Of a stretch of 64,000 nucleotides of DNA, positions 1 through 10,012 are shown piece by piece. This DNA is from Chthoniobacteraceae bacterium (GTDB taxonomy: Bacteria; Verrucomicrobiota; Verrucomicrobiia; Chthoniobacterales; Chthoniobacteraceae). The stretch lies in NCBI GenBank assembly GCA_031409655.1, contig JANNXQ010000127.1, forward strand, positions 1 through 64,000. The letters run 5' to 3'. Every line of letters begins with the position of its first letter. Position 1 is the stretch's first letter. A program made the position numbers and the translations under genes. Under the pieces are notes generated by a model, which worked only from the letters and a program-made list of their open reading frames with translations, ran no database searches and was not told the origin of the DNA.

Positions 1-360
1 CCCCGGAGTCGGCCGAGGTGTAAATCTGGCCACCATAATTTGCCGCGACCAGCTTGGTGCCGTCGGCTGCGGAGGCCACGGTCCGCCAGGCACGGTTGGC
101 CTCCCGCGGCGTCCAGCTCACCCCGGAGTCGGCCGAGGTGTAAATCTGGCCGCCATTTTCCACCGCGACCAGCTTGGTGCCGTCGGCCGAGGAGGCCACG
201 GAGTGCCAGAGGCGGTAGCTCTCCCGCGGCGTCCAGGTCACCCCGGAGTCGGCCGAGGTGTAAATCCGGCCGTCAAAAACCACCGCGACCAGCTTGGTGC
301 CGTCGGCCGAGGAGGCCACGGAATACCAGATGCGGTCGCTCTCCCGGGGGATCCAAGGAG
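1..360 (-). repeat. 120-bp tandem repeat (3 copies visible) encoding 40-aa Asp-box/BNR-like blades
   Basis: Units start at 1, 121 and 241 (ccccggagtcggccgaggtgtaaatc...). They translate as WTPRESxRxWxSVASSADGTKLVAxxxGGQIYTSADSG. Confidence 0.9.
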
Positions 361-2549
361 CCTCAGCCGACCACCCGCCCGCACCGATGCCGGTGATCTG
401 CACCACATCGCCGACATTGGCCGTGGCTGGCAGGGTGAAGGCCGTGTTGCTGGCGGCGGTGGCCACGTAGGCGGTATTGGCCGTGGCCGTCTGCGCGGTG
501 CCCGCGACCGTCTGCGAGGGGATGAGCGTGCCGGCGGCGATATTGCCCACCTGCACAGCGTTCGTGCCAAGCTGCGCGCTGCCGATGGACGCGGGGGTGA
601 TGTTTCCACCGCTGAGGTTGGTGAGAGCAGCCCCGCTCCCACTGAAGCTCGTCGCGGCGATGGGGCCGGCGGTCCCGAACTCGGAGGCTGCCCAATTGAG
701 GCCCGGGATGGCGGCAAACTTCAGGTCTTGATTGGTCACATGGTAGTAGCTGATCGCCGGTCCGCCATTCACCACCGCGAGGGAAGTGGAATGGCCGACA
801 TTGCCACCGGTGTCGAGCGCCACCGTCGTCCAAGCTCCGCTGCCATCGGCTGTGGAGGCGTAGGCGAGCTTGAGGTCGGCCCCGCCGCCGAAATAACTGA
901 TGGCGGGCCGCCCGTGAACGATAGTCATCGAAGTGAACGAGGCGTTAGCGCTACTATCAACGACCACGGGTGCGCCCCATGCCGTGCCGCTCGCGTCGCT
1001 GGCGCGGATGTATCTCAGCCCCAGAGATGAGGCTTGGCTGTAACTGACCGCCGGATTGCCATCCACGACTGTGAGGGAGGTGTAGGTTCCGGCGCCGGTA
1101 GTGCCATCGATCGTGAGCGGTGTCCCCCAGGTGGCACCCCGTGGCATCATTGGCCCGCGCAAATTTCAACACGTTATTGGTATTGTCCCAGTAGCTGATG
1201 GCTGGATTGCCATTCACGACGGCCAGAGAGGTCCAATTTCCCACGGTGCCACTCTGCACGGTGACAGGTGTCCAGCCGCCGCTGCCGTCCGCATTGGCAG
1301 CGATGGTGTATCTCAGACCGGATCCCCTCCAACCGATGGCAGGGCGACCAGCCACTTCGGCCAATGAGATATATCCTGAACCGGCAGAGCTGTCGGCCGT
1401 CGTCACAGACCAGTCACTGGCGCTGCCGCCTGCCGCAGTCGAGGAGCGCGCAAAGGCAAGCGCGGAGCCACTCCTGTAAGCAATGCACGGAACCCCAGCG
1501 ATGATGGCGAGGGATAGCTGGATGCTGTTCACCGCCGGACCAATCGTCACCACGGTCCAGGTGCCGCTGCCGTCGGCATTCGGAGCCACGGCATATTTGA
1601 GCTGCGAATTGGTGGTGTCGAAATACGCAATGGCAGGCCGGCCCGCTGCCGTCACCTTCAGGGAAGTCAGGGCACCCACATTGCCGGTGGAGTCCAGGGT
1701 CTGCGGGGCAAACGGTGCCGTGGCCGTGAAGCCGGTGGTGCTGGCCGCGCTGAACGTCCATCCGCCAGGCGTCTGCGAGAGCGTGGGGTTCGCGTTGAGC
1801 GCCGGGCTGTAGAGGATGGGCAAGCTCACGCTGCCGGGGGTGGTGGCATTCAGCAGGCCATCGAACAGGGTGCCGCTGCGGGCCTGGGTGGCGAGATTCG
1901 CGCCAGTGATGGCACCCGCAGCCATCTGGGTGTTGGTCACCGCGCCGGCGGCGATCTGGCTGCTGCCGACGGCGCCGGTCCCGATTTGAGCGCTGCCCAC
2001 CGCCCCGGCGGCGATGTTGGCCGCCTGCACGGCGTTCGTGGCGAGCTGGGTATTCGTCACCGCGCCGGTGGCGATTTTCGCGGAGGTGATGCTGCCGTCC
2101 GGCACGCTGCCGGCCACCATCGCGTAGCCGACGGCGGCGAGGCGCTGGTCGGGCGTGAGGAGCTGGGAGCCGGTGGTGCCGTCGTTGAACCACACACGCA
2201 GGCGCACGTCGGCGTTGGCGAAGACGGTGTTCGGGATCGCCGTCATGCCCGGCAGCGCGGTGTCGCCGAGGAGGACGGAGTAGAGCCCCTTCGTGACGGT
2301 GAGCGAGACCGCCGCCGTGGGCTGCGAGCCGGCGATGCTGGTGCCGTCATTGCTCCAGTAGGTCGTGGTGCCGGCGGCATTCACGAGGGCAAACTTGAAC
2401 GCGCCGGAGCCGTTGAAGTTCGTGGTGCCGACGGCGACGCGGCCCTGGTAGTTGATGATCTGCGGCACCTGCGCGTGCAGGGCCGGAAGGGTGAGGAAGG
2501 AAAGGCTGCAGAGCGCAGCCACGGTGCAAACGCGGAGGAGTTTTTTCAT
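1..2549 (-). pseudogene. Large secreted/surface repeat protein (QVPQIINYQGRV-type N-terminus, beta-propeller repeats), split by a +1 frameshift near 1137-1140; runs off the left edge
   Basis: ORF 957..2549 has a signal peptide, 10-aa IAAGAVTNTQ-type repeats and SLAVVNGNPAISY blades, then loses its composition after ARANDATG. Removing one base of the CCCC at 1137-1140 restores ...DATGATWGTPLTIDG...SLTVVDGNPAVSY..., open to position 1. Could be a sequencing error rather than a true pseudogene. Confidence 0.75.
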
Positions 2550-2769
2550 GTTTCTGATGGCCGGCTGACGTGAACTGCGGAACGCGCAGAACCCAGATTT
2601 GGAGGCCCCTGGCCGAGAACCCGAAATGGAGGGAACGAACGGAGCGTGTCGGAACCGCGCGGCGAGGGCAAGGCTGCATTGTGGAAATTAGACCCGTAGA
2701 GCGAGTGTGCCGACAGGCCACTCGCTTCTTCCGAGCGTGCAGGTAGCGAGTGGACTGTCGCCACACCCT

Positions 2770-2875
2770 CTACGGCTTCACTATCTCCACTTGGTAAAAT
2801 TTCGTCGCGCTGCTCGCGTTGAGTTCGGTAACGGTGCGTTCCTGGGCGTTGTCGGAAAAGGACGAGCTGCCGAGC
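2770..2875 (-). pseudogene. C-terminal remnant of a verrucomicrobial secreted protein
   Basis: Reads SSSFSDNAQERTVTELNASSATKFYQVEIVKP-stop, resembling the xxFYxVE C-terminal tail of verrucomicrobial secreted proteins; no coherent N-terminus. Confidence 0.5.
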
Positions 2876-2956
2876 ACGCTCGACCGGAGCAGGATGGAGC
2901 GCCGCGAGCAAGGGAACCTGCCGTTCGAGATGATTCGCGAGGCAGTGGTGAATGCC

Positions 2957-3320
2957 CTGATCCAGCGCCAGCAGCTCTGCCTCGGGCGCCGGCGCGGCGA
3001 TCTCCACGTCATCCAAGGCCACATGCTCGTGATTTCCTCCGCGCTTGAGCCGGTGTTTGTCACGCGCGCGATTCAGCAGAATGCGCCGCATGGCCTGCGC
3101 CGCCGCCCCGAAAAAGTGCCGCCGGTTTTCCCAACGCGGTTCGTCATCTTTGGACACTCGCAGCGAGGCCTCATGCACCAGCGCAGTCGCCGTCAGCGTC
3201 TGGACACCATTCTACGCCACCATGCCGCGGGCCAGTCGCCGCAGATCGTCATAGACCTGCGGCAGCAGTTCCGAGGCACTCGCATCAGCTTTGGCTTGCG
3301 GGAGATTGTCGTCCGCGACC
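2957..3320 (-). pseudogene. ECF-type RNA polymerase sigma factor (TIGR02999-like), truncated, with an internal stop
   Basis: LLPQVYDDLRRLARGMVA*NGVQTLTATALVHEA...WENRRHFFGAAAQAMRRILLNRARDKHRLKRGG...ELLALD; in-frame TAG at 3212-3214; region 4 HTH absent. Confidence 0.85.
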
Positions 3321-3420
3321 GGAGAATGTCCGCAGCGCGACGGCTGTCAATTTGCGGAGGGGAACTACGGACTTTTTCGTGCCGGTGCTCACGGAGTTTG
3401 TACGCAGTGCGCGCGACATG

Positions 3421-3470
3421 CTCAGCGGCGGGACGCCGCAGCTACGTAGCAGCGGCGTCCCGCCGCTGAG
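3421..3470. repeat. 50-bp near-perfect palindrome (two GTAG-type REP-like units back to back)
   Basis: ctcagcggcgggacgccgc-a-gctacgtagc-a-gcggcgtcccgccgctgag; lies downstream of tgt and may double as a terminator. Confidence 0.8.
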
Positions 3471-3519
3471 AAGCCCCGCGCTGCCACCCGCAGCGGCTAC
3501 GACATTTTCCTCAACCGCG

Positions 3520-4635
3520 CTAGCTCACCGCCTCCGCGGCGCGGGCGGAGTAGCCAGCGACGAAGTCCCGCCGGAATTCCGCGAAGGTGCCGGCGTCAAT
3601 CGCCGCCCGCACCTTTTCCATGAGGCCGAGATAGAAGTGCAGATTGTGCAGCGTGATCAGGCGCAGCCCGAGGATCTCCTCGGACTTCACGAGATGCCGC
3701 AGGTAGCCGCGGGAAAACTTCCGACAGGCCAGGCACGTGCAGCCTTCCTCGATCGGGCTTTTGTCGAAAGTGAACGGCGCATTTTTCAGGCTCAGCGTCC
3801 CGTGGGCGGTGAAGGCCGTGCCATTGCGCGCCAGCCGAGTCGGCAGCACGCAGTCAAACATGTCCACGCCCCGCGCCACCATCTCCACCATCTGCGGCGG
3901 CGTGCCGAGGCCCATGGCGTAGCGCGGCTTGTCGGCGGGGAGAAAAGGTTCGCTGTGCGCCACGGCGAGCATCATTTCCGTCTCGGGCTCGCCCACGCTC
4001 ACGCCGCCAATCGCGTAGCCATCAAAGCCGATCTGCACCAGGGCCTCGGCACTTTCCCGGCGCAGATCGGGGAAGGTGGCGCCCTGCACGATGCCAAACT
4101 TCATCCCCGGCGTCGGGATCTCCGCGCACTTCCGCGCCCAGCGCAGCGTGCGGGCGAGGCTCTCGGCGGCGTAAGGGTGCTCGCACGGATACGGCGGGCA
4201 CTCGTCGAAAATCATCGCGATGTCGCTCCCGAGCGTGGCCTGGATCTCCATCGCCTCGCGCGGCCCGAGGAACATCGGCGCACCATCGAGGTGACTTTGA
4301 AAATGCACACCTTCCTCCACGATCTTCCGCAGCTTCGAGAGTGAGAAGACCTGGTAGCCTCCCGAGTCCGTGAGGATGGGGCCGTCCCAACCCATGAAAT
4401 TGTGGAGCCCGCCGAAGTGCCGCATCACCTCCATCCCGGGCCGCACGAAGAGATGGTAGGTGTTGCCGAGAATGATCTGCGCGCGCAGTGCGTGGAGTTC
4501 GTCCGGGGAGATTCCTTTCACCGTCCCCTGCGTGCCCACGGGCATGAAGATCGGCGTCTCGATCGTCCCGTGCCGGGTGACCAGGCGCCCGCGCCGGGCC
4601 TTGGAAGCGGGATCAGTAGCGAGGAGCGTGAACAT
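3520..4635 (-). CDS. tgt: Queuine tRNA-ribosyltransferase
   Basis: TPIFMPVGT, ILGNTYHL, LTDSGGYQVFSL, DMFDCVLPTR, CTCLAC zinc site, HNLHFY. Confidence 0.97.
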   Translation of the reverse strand: MFTLLATDPASKARRGRLVTRHGTIETPIFMPVGTQGTVKGISPDELHALRAQIILGNTYHLFVRPGMEVMRHFGGLHNFMGWDGPILTDSGGYQVFSLSKLRKIVEEGVHFQSHLDGAPMFLGPREAMEIQATLGSDIAMIFDECPPYPCEHPYAAESLARTLRWARKCAEIPTPGMKFGIVQGATFPDLRRESAEALVQIGFDGYAIGGVSVGEPETEMMLAVAHSEPFLPADKPRYAMGLGTPPQMVEMVARGVDMFDCVLPTRLARNGTAFTAHGTLSLKNAPFTFDKSPIEEGCTCLACRKFSRGYLRHLVKSEEILGLRLITLHNLHFYLGLMEKVRAAIDAGTFAEFRRDFVAGYSARAAEAVS

Positions 4636-4729
4636 GAACAGGCGACGATGCCGACCGCGCGCCGCAGTGGCAAGGTCCGTGCGGGCGAGGCAGGCTTGCT
4701 TCGCGCCGGGAGACCGTTACCATCCGAGC

Positions 4730-5290
4730 ATGTCCGCGATTCTCGAAAACCCGGCCGTGCGCCGCCAGGCAGAGGTCATCACCGTTGCGCTTTATCACCG
4801 GATGATCGAGCGCGGCGTGATCGATCCGAAGTGCGAGCTCATCCGCGGCGCCCTCATCAAGAAAATGAGCAAATCGCATCTGCATTCCTCCATATCGGCC
4901 AAACTCCTGCGCCTCCTCACGACCGCGTTACCCGACCACTGGGTGCGCAAGGAAGACCCCCTCACTTTCGCAGATTCCGAGCCGGAGCCGGACATCTCGG
5001 TGGTGCCCGGGAGCATCGAAGACTACGCCGCCCATCCGACCACCGCGCGTCTCGTCATCGAAGTGGCCATCAGCAGCGAAGACATCGACCGGGAGAAGGG
5101 CGCGCTTTACGCCGAGGCTGGCGTGGAGGAATTCTGGCTCGTGCTTCCCGAGGCGCGCGCGGTGGAGGTTCACACTGGCCCGCGCGGGGGTGCCTGGACC
5201 AATGTCCACCGCTACCTCACGAGCGAGACCTTTGCGTCTGCGGTCTTCCCGCACCTGGCCTTGCGCTTGGACGATTTGCTCGGGAATTGA
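4730..5290 (+). CDS. Uma2 family (DUF820) endonuclease-like protein
   Basis: ELIRG..MS, SEPEPDISVV, LVIEVAISS, DREK..LYAEAGVEEFWLV. Confidence 0.9.
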   Translation: MSAILENPAVRRQAEVITVALYHRMIERGVIDPKCELIRGALIKKMSKSHLHSSISAKLLRLLTTALPDHWVRKEDPLTFADSEPEPDISVVPGSIEDYAAHPTTARLVIEVAISSEDIDREKGALYAEAGVEEFWLVLPEARAVEVHTGPRGGAWTNVHRYLTSETFASAVFPHLALRLDDLLGN

Positions 5291-5324
5291 GCCGGTCGCA
5301 ATCGCCCGGGCGGGCAGCTCGCGG

Positions 5325-7448
5325 CTAGATCGTTTTCAGGAATTCGATCAGCGCTCGCTTGTCGTCCTCCGGCAACTCTGCGCCGAAAATATGGCCCTCG
5401 TCCTCGATCAAATCCGGGCTCTTGCTGATCTTCAAAAGCAGCGGCGCGATCTGCTTCGCGATCAGTTCCGCCGTGGCCGTTTCATCGAGCTGCTTTTGCT
5501 GCGCATCACTCAGCACTTTCTTCAGGCTGAGGAGGGTCTCGACGAAAGGGACTGGCGGGAACTCGGGATTCACGCTCGCGACGAGATTGACCGGCGTGCC
5601 TTTGGGAAATGGGCCCACCCGGAAGACGCCATCCGCGTCGAGATGCGGCGTGATCAGCGTGCGCCAAGGTTCGGGGATTGCCGCTCCGGGAATCTCCAGC
5701 GTGCATGGTTCGCTGGTTCGCCAGATGGACCCCACACCGGCCCGTTTCTCGGGCCAGAGCAGCTTTTCGACGGCGTCGTGGAAGGCGTCGAGACGGCCTT
5801 TCACCGAGGGATCACCGGTGAATATTCCGAGCGCGTTATTGTGCAAAAACGGGGCCGAACTCCAGAGCGAGGCGAGCGAAGTGGGACGCCCATAACCCGG
5901 ACCTCCGCGCGGGATCAGGAAGGGATCGAATTTCCCGGTGAAGGGATTCGGCACTTCCATGGTGCCCGGTGAGGCGAGGGTCTTGTAGGTCTCGGATGAA
6001 AAGACATCCCAGATGTGGCCGCGCTTCGCATTGCTGCCGAAGGAAGCAGCAGCGTTCGTTTTGAAATCCGTGTTCGCGATCCGCTTTTCGTTCGCCAGGA
6101 AATTGTCCGCCAGAAAATCCGGGCGCTCGATCTCCCGAGTGAACCAATCGATCACGTCCACGTCCTGCGGTGGCTGTTTGCTCGAATGGCAGGTCGCGCA
6201 CGTCGTCGCGAAGACCTGCCGGCCACGCGGAACCTTTCCGGTGGCGATGAAACCCTTGCCTCCCGGCGCCTCCGCAAGTCGCATCGGTGGCAGCCGTTTC
6301 AGGAAACGCGGGATATTCGCCAGCCGCTCCTCGGTGGCGTTCCAGTAGGAGGAATACTTTCTCCCGGCCTTGATCGAAAAAGGCTTCTGCGGCGTGAGAC
6401 CGAGCAGGGGATGATGCTGTTGCAGCCAGTGCTGACTGAACATCCCCATGCCGACATATTTCCGCAGGATGAAGCCCGGCAGACCCACCGAATCCGCCGT
6501 GTCCGCGGACAGCCGCAGCACTTTCATCTCCCGGCGCTGATTGGGCAGGAGCATAAAGTCCGGGTGCATGTACTCCGTCTGCGCCGTCGCTTCCCGCGCG
6601 CTGAGGAGGCCAACGGCATTGATGGCCGTCGGGTTGTTGATGTTGTCCGTGACGATCCGGGAGTTATCCGAAGTTCCCGGCGGTTGCGCTTTCAGCAGCT
6701 CCGCAAAAAAGCCGCCGGTTTTCGCATTGACCGCGAAGACGGGCCCCTCGCGGAGATACTGATTGCCCACGGCCGACGCGAGATTCTCCCAGCGCGGATT
6801 CTCCGGATCCTCGGGCGGGTTCAGCGGGTAAAAGCCGATGTGACACGCGCCGCAGGTGATGCCGACCCGGTAAGGGCGCACGAGCTTCGGATCGGCGGCA
6901 TACTCCGCGTCGGCGTAGAAACGCTCCGCATTCCACGCTCTCCGCGCCGCCGCGTTGAAATCCGGATTGGCAAAAATCCGGAAGCCCATGACCCCCGTCG
7001 AGCGCCCGTAGATCTCCGGGTCGATGCCCTCCGGTTCCTGCGCGACGCGGGCGTCGAGCCAGAGGCCAAACTCATCCGGCTGCGTCGCCTCTTTCAGCCC
7101 CGGTTCATTGATCAGCCCCATTTCCTTAAAACGCGCGCCGCGCTTCCGCGAATCGAGCGTCTTCAGCAAATCCACGAGCCCGTAACTTTCGCGCGCCATC
7201 CGATCCCAGAACTGCTCGTTCCCAGCCGTCCACAGATTCCACATGTTTCGCCCGCGCACTTCCTCCTCCGTCAGTTCGATCGAGCCATCCATGGGCTTGA
7301 AAAAATCATCCACGAGATCGCCGAGCGCTTCCGGTCCGCGCCCGCCCGGACGGTCGTCCATCGAGGTGTCCACTTTCTTGCACGCCGTGAGGTGCCAGGC
7401 AACGAGCCATGCGATGGCGACCCCGAGGAGGGGGATTCGTAATTTCAT
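5325..7448 (-). CDS. Large di-haem c-type cytochrome lipoprotein (RoxA/CCP-like architecture)
   Basis: Lipobox-like LTAC; CGACH and CATCH haem motifs; LWSSAPFLHNN; C-terminal GHIFG..L.EDDKRALIEFLKT. Confidence 0.75.
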   Translation of the reverse strand: MKLRIPLLGVAIAWLVAWHLTACKKVDTSMDDRPGGRGPEALGDLVDDFFKPMDGSIELTEEEVRGRNMWNLWTAGNEQFWDRMARESYGLVDLLKTLDSRKRGARFKEMGLINEPGLKEATQPDEFGLWLDARVAQEPEGIDPEIYGRSTGVMGFRIFANPDFNAAARRAWNAERFYADAEYAADPKLVRPYRVGITCGACHIGFYPLNPPEDPENPRWENLASAVGNQYLREGPVFAVNAKTGGFFAELLKAQPPGTSDNSRIVTDNINNPTAINAVGLLSAREATAQTEYMHPDFMLLPNQRREMKVLRLSADTADSVGLPGFILRKYVGMGMFSQHWLQQHHPLLGLTPQKPFSIKAGRKYSSYWNATEERLANIPRFLKRLPPMRLAEAPGGKGFIATGKVPRGRQVFATTCATCHSSKQPPQDVDVIDWFTREIERPDFLADNFLANEKRIANTDFKTNAAASFGSNAKRGHIWDVFSSETYKTLASPGTMEVPNPFTGKFDPFLIPRGGPGYGRPTSLASLWSSAPFLHNNALGIFTGDPSVKGRLDAFHDAVEKLLWPEKRAGVGSIWRTSEPCTLEIPGAAIPEPWRTLITPHLDADGVFRVGPFPKGTPVNLVASVNPEFPPVPFVETLLSLKKVLSDAQQKQLDETATAELIAKQIAPLLLKISKSPDLIEDEGHIFGAELPEDDKRALIEFLKTI

Positions 7449-7690
7449 CCGGCTGGGTTCAGGAGGATCTGGGCGGCCATTCCGATCGCGCATGCACTAT
7501 GCACAGTTCTGTATGCGGCGGGGGATTTCGCGGGAAGAGAAAAGTCTGCGCGGTTCTCCGGGATAAGGCGGTTTGTCCCTTTCCAGGAGCGGGCGGCACT
7601 CATCCGCCGTGGTTGGCGAGCAGTCGGTGCCGCAGCAATGCTTCCAGAAGCACTCGCCCGCGCGTCACCAGCGTGCCACAGTCCGCGCCG

Positions 7691-8155
7691 ATGTCGGACA
7701 CACCCGCCCCGCAAGCCTTCTCCCACCTCGATGCCACCGGCGCCGCCCGCATGGTGGACGTCGGCCACAAGCCCGTGCAGGCCCGCATCGCCGTCGCTGA
7801 AGGTGTGGTCCGCTGTCGGCGGGAGACCATCATCGCGCTCCGCGAAAAGGCCCTCCCGAAAGGCGATGTGCTCACCGTCGCCAAGATCGCCGGCATCCAG
7901 GCGGCCAAGCGCACCGACGCACTCATCCCGCTCTGCCACTCCCTGCCGCTCGATTCCGTGGACGTGACTTTCGCCATCGGCGACGACGCCATCACCATCC
8001 GCGCCGAAGCTCGCACCAGCGCGAAGACCGGCGTGGAAATGGAAGCTCTCACCGCCGTCAGCGTCGCCGCACTCACGATCTACGACATGTGCAAGGCTGT
8101 GGATCAGCAGATGGTCATTGGCGACATCCGCGTGACCGAGAAGCGCAAGGAATGA
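7691..8155 (+). CDS. moaC: Cyclic pyranopterin monophosphate synthase MoaC
   Basis: SHLD..GAARMVDV, KGDVLTVAKIAGIQAAKRT, LIPLCH, TGVEMEAL, IYDMCKAVD. Confidence 0.96.
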   Translation: MSDTPAPQAFSHLDATGAARMVDVGHKPVQARIAVAEGVVRCRRETIIALREKALPKGDVLTVAKIAGIQAAKRTDALIPLCHSLPLDSVDVTFAIGDDAITIRAEARTSAKTGVEMEALTAVSVAALTIYDMCKAVDQQMVIGDIRVTEKRKE

Positions 8156-8167
8156 GCGCGGGGCTGC

Positions 8168-8278
8168 CAACATCGAACATCGAACATCGAACATTGAACA
8201 CTGAACTTCGAACGCAGCGTGCGCCCGACGGACCTCCTTGTTCGATGTTCGAAGTTCAACATTCGATGTTCGATGTTT
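8168..8278. repeat. Inverted pair of heptamer arrays (AACATCG)n / (CGATGTT)n
   Basis: About 6 units at 8168-8213, a spacer, then about 5 complementary units at 8239-8278; between moaC and mog. Confidence 0.9.
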
Positions 8279-8291
8279 GCTTCACCCGCTG

Positions 8292-8765
8292 ATGAAAATC
8301 GCCCGTGTCACCCTCAGCGACCGCGCCAGCAGCGGCCTCTACGAAGACCGCAGTGGCCCCGAGATCGAGCGCGTCCTCACCGAGCACAGCTTCACCGCTA
8401 TCGAGTGGCTGCGCATCGTCATCCCTGATGAGCGCGCGCTCATCGAGTCCACCCTCCTCGCCCTCTGCGACACCGAGCATTGCGACCTCATCCTCACCAC
8501 CGGCGGCACCGGACCCGCCCCGCGGGATGTCACCCCGGAAGCCACCCGCGCCATCCTCGACCGCGAGCTCCCCGGCTTTGGCGAAATCATGCGCGTGCAA
8601 AGCTTCGCCAAAGTCCCCACGGCCATCCTTTCCCGCAGCACCGCCGGCACCCGCGGCCGCACCCTCATCCTCAATCTCCCCGGCAATCCGAAGGCCATCG
8701 GCGAATGTCTCCCCCTGGTCATCCCGGCGATCCGCGAGGCGCTCAGACATCTCAACGGCGAGTGA
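8292..8765 (+). CDS. mog: Molybdopterin adenylyltransferase
   Basis: TLSDRASSGLYEDRSG, DLILTTGGTGPAPRDVTPEAT, PGFGE.MR, AILSR, NLPGNPKA. Confidence 0.95.
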   Translation: MKIARVTLSDRASSGLYEDRSGPEIERVLTEHSFTAIEWLRIVIPDERALIESTLLALCDTEHCDLILTTGGTGPAPRDVTPEATRAILDRELPGFGEIMRVQSFAKVPTAILSRSTAGTRGRTLILNLPGNPKAIGECLPLVIPAIREALRHLNGE

Positions 8766-8800
8766 TACAGCGGCAGATTGGACGGGTCCGTCAGACGATG

Positions 8801-9808
8801 TTAGCCGCCGATGTGGGCCATCTCGACTTTCGGCTGCGTCACGGTCGCGGCAGAGCGGAGTTCGGAGTAACGATCGGCGCGCCCAGACCACACGCCGCGG
8901 ATGAGCGCGGCGAGATCGGCGTCTGAAGCTCCGCTGCGCAGGGGCGTGCGGAGGTCGTGACCTTCACTCGCGAATAGGCAGGTGTAGAGGCGGCCTTCGG
9001 CGGAAATGCGGGCGCGGCTACAATCCCCGCAGAAAGGCTGCGTGACGCTCGTGATGACACCGACCTCGCCGCCGCCATCGCGATGCCGGTAGCGCCGGGC
9101 GACTTCGCCGCGATACTGGGCGGGCAGGGGATCCAGCGGGAGTTCGGCGGCAAGGCGCTCGATGATTTCCGCGGCGGGCACGACGTCGTCGAGCCGCCAG
9201 CCGTTTGAGTTTCCCACGTCCATGTATTCGATGAAGCGCAGGACAAACCCGGGGCCGCGAAAGTGCCGTGCCATCGCCACCAAGTCGCCGTCGTTCACGC
9301 CGCGTTTCACGACCATGTTGATCTTGATCGGCGCGAAGCCCGCGGCGCGGGCAGCGTCGATCCCGGCGAGCACGCGATGCACCGGGAAGTCCGCGTCATT
9401 CATCGCGCGGAAGGTGGCGTCCTCGAGCGAATCGACGCTCACCGTCAGCCGGCGCAGGCCAGCGGCGCGCAGCTTGGCGGCTTCTTCGCAGAGGCGGGAG
9501 CCATTGGTAGTGAGCGTGAGATCGCGCAGGCCCTCGATGCCCGAGAGCATGGTCACGAGGCGGTCGAGATTCCGGCGCAGGAGCGGTTCGCCGCCAGTGA
9601 GCCGCACTTTTTCCACACCCGCGCTGACGAAGGCGCTGGCCAGCCGCGTGATCTCCTCAAAGGTCAGGATGGCGCCCTTCGGCAGGAAGTTATACCCGTG
9701 CCCGAAGACCTCCTTGGGCATGCAATAGCCACAGCGGAAATTGCAACGATCCGTGACCGAGATGCGCAAATCGCACAGCGGGCGGTGGAAGGTATCGAGG
9801 GCGGTCAC
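8801..9808 (-). CDS. moaA: GTP 3',8-cyclase MoaA (radical SAM)
   Basis: DLRISVTDRCNFRCGYCMP, RLTGGEPLLR, RFIEYMD, FCGDCSRAR..YTCLF, C-terminal IGG; GTG start assumed. Confidence 0.96.
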   Translation of the reverse strand: MTALDTFHRPLCDLRISVTDRCNFRCGYCMPKEVFGHGYNFLPKGAILTFEEITRLASAFVSAGVEKVRLTGGEPLLRRNLDRLVTMLSGIEGLRDLTLTTNGSRLCEEAAKLRAAGLRRLTVSVDSLEDATFRAMNDADFPVHRVLAGIDAARAAGFAPIKINMVVKRGVNDGDLVAMARHFRGPGFVLRFIEYMDVGNSNGWRLDDVVPAAEIIERLAAELPLDPLPAQYRGEVARRYRHRDGGGEVGVITSVTQPFCGDCSRARISAEGRLYTCLFASEGHDLRTPLRSGASDADLAALIRGVWSGRADRYSELRSAATVTQPKVEMAHIGG

Positions 9809-9867
9809 GGAGGGAGGCCTACGCCACCCGAAGAGGCATCGCAAGCAGAGGACGCGGCGGGGCTCAT

Positions 9868-10012
9868 CGTTTGGCGTTTGATGTTTAGCGTTTGAAGTTT
9901 GGAGTTTGGACTTAGTGGCGTTCGGCGATTCGGTGACGTGCGGAGAAACGGCTGTGTCCTCGGCGAAGGAAGAAACGCCAAACTTCAAACGCCAAACGCT
10001 AAACACCAAACG
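9868..10012. repeat. Inverted pair of heptamer arrays (TTTGGCG/TTTGGAG)n / (AAACGCC)n
   Basis: Arrays at 9868-9910 and 9973-10012, upstream of moaA. Confidence 0.9.

Noticed and set aside
1..360. Regularly spaced repeats as a CRISPR array or DGR variable region
   Set aside because: The units are contiguous 120-bp coding repeats with no unique spacers, and no cas gene, reverse transcriptase or template repeat is in the window
4730..5290. Uma2 nuclease next to tgt as a Dpd-type (7-deazaguanine DNA modification) defence system
   Set aside because: The Tgt is the canonical tRNA enzyme, no dpd or other defence genes are present, and Uma2 genes commonly occur alone
7449..7690. Moco riboswitch upstream of moaC
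   Set aside because: No recognisable conserved structure by eye; an Infernal/Rfam search would be needed
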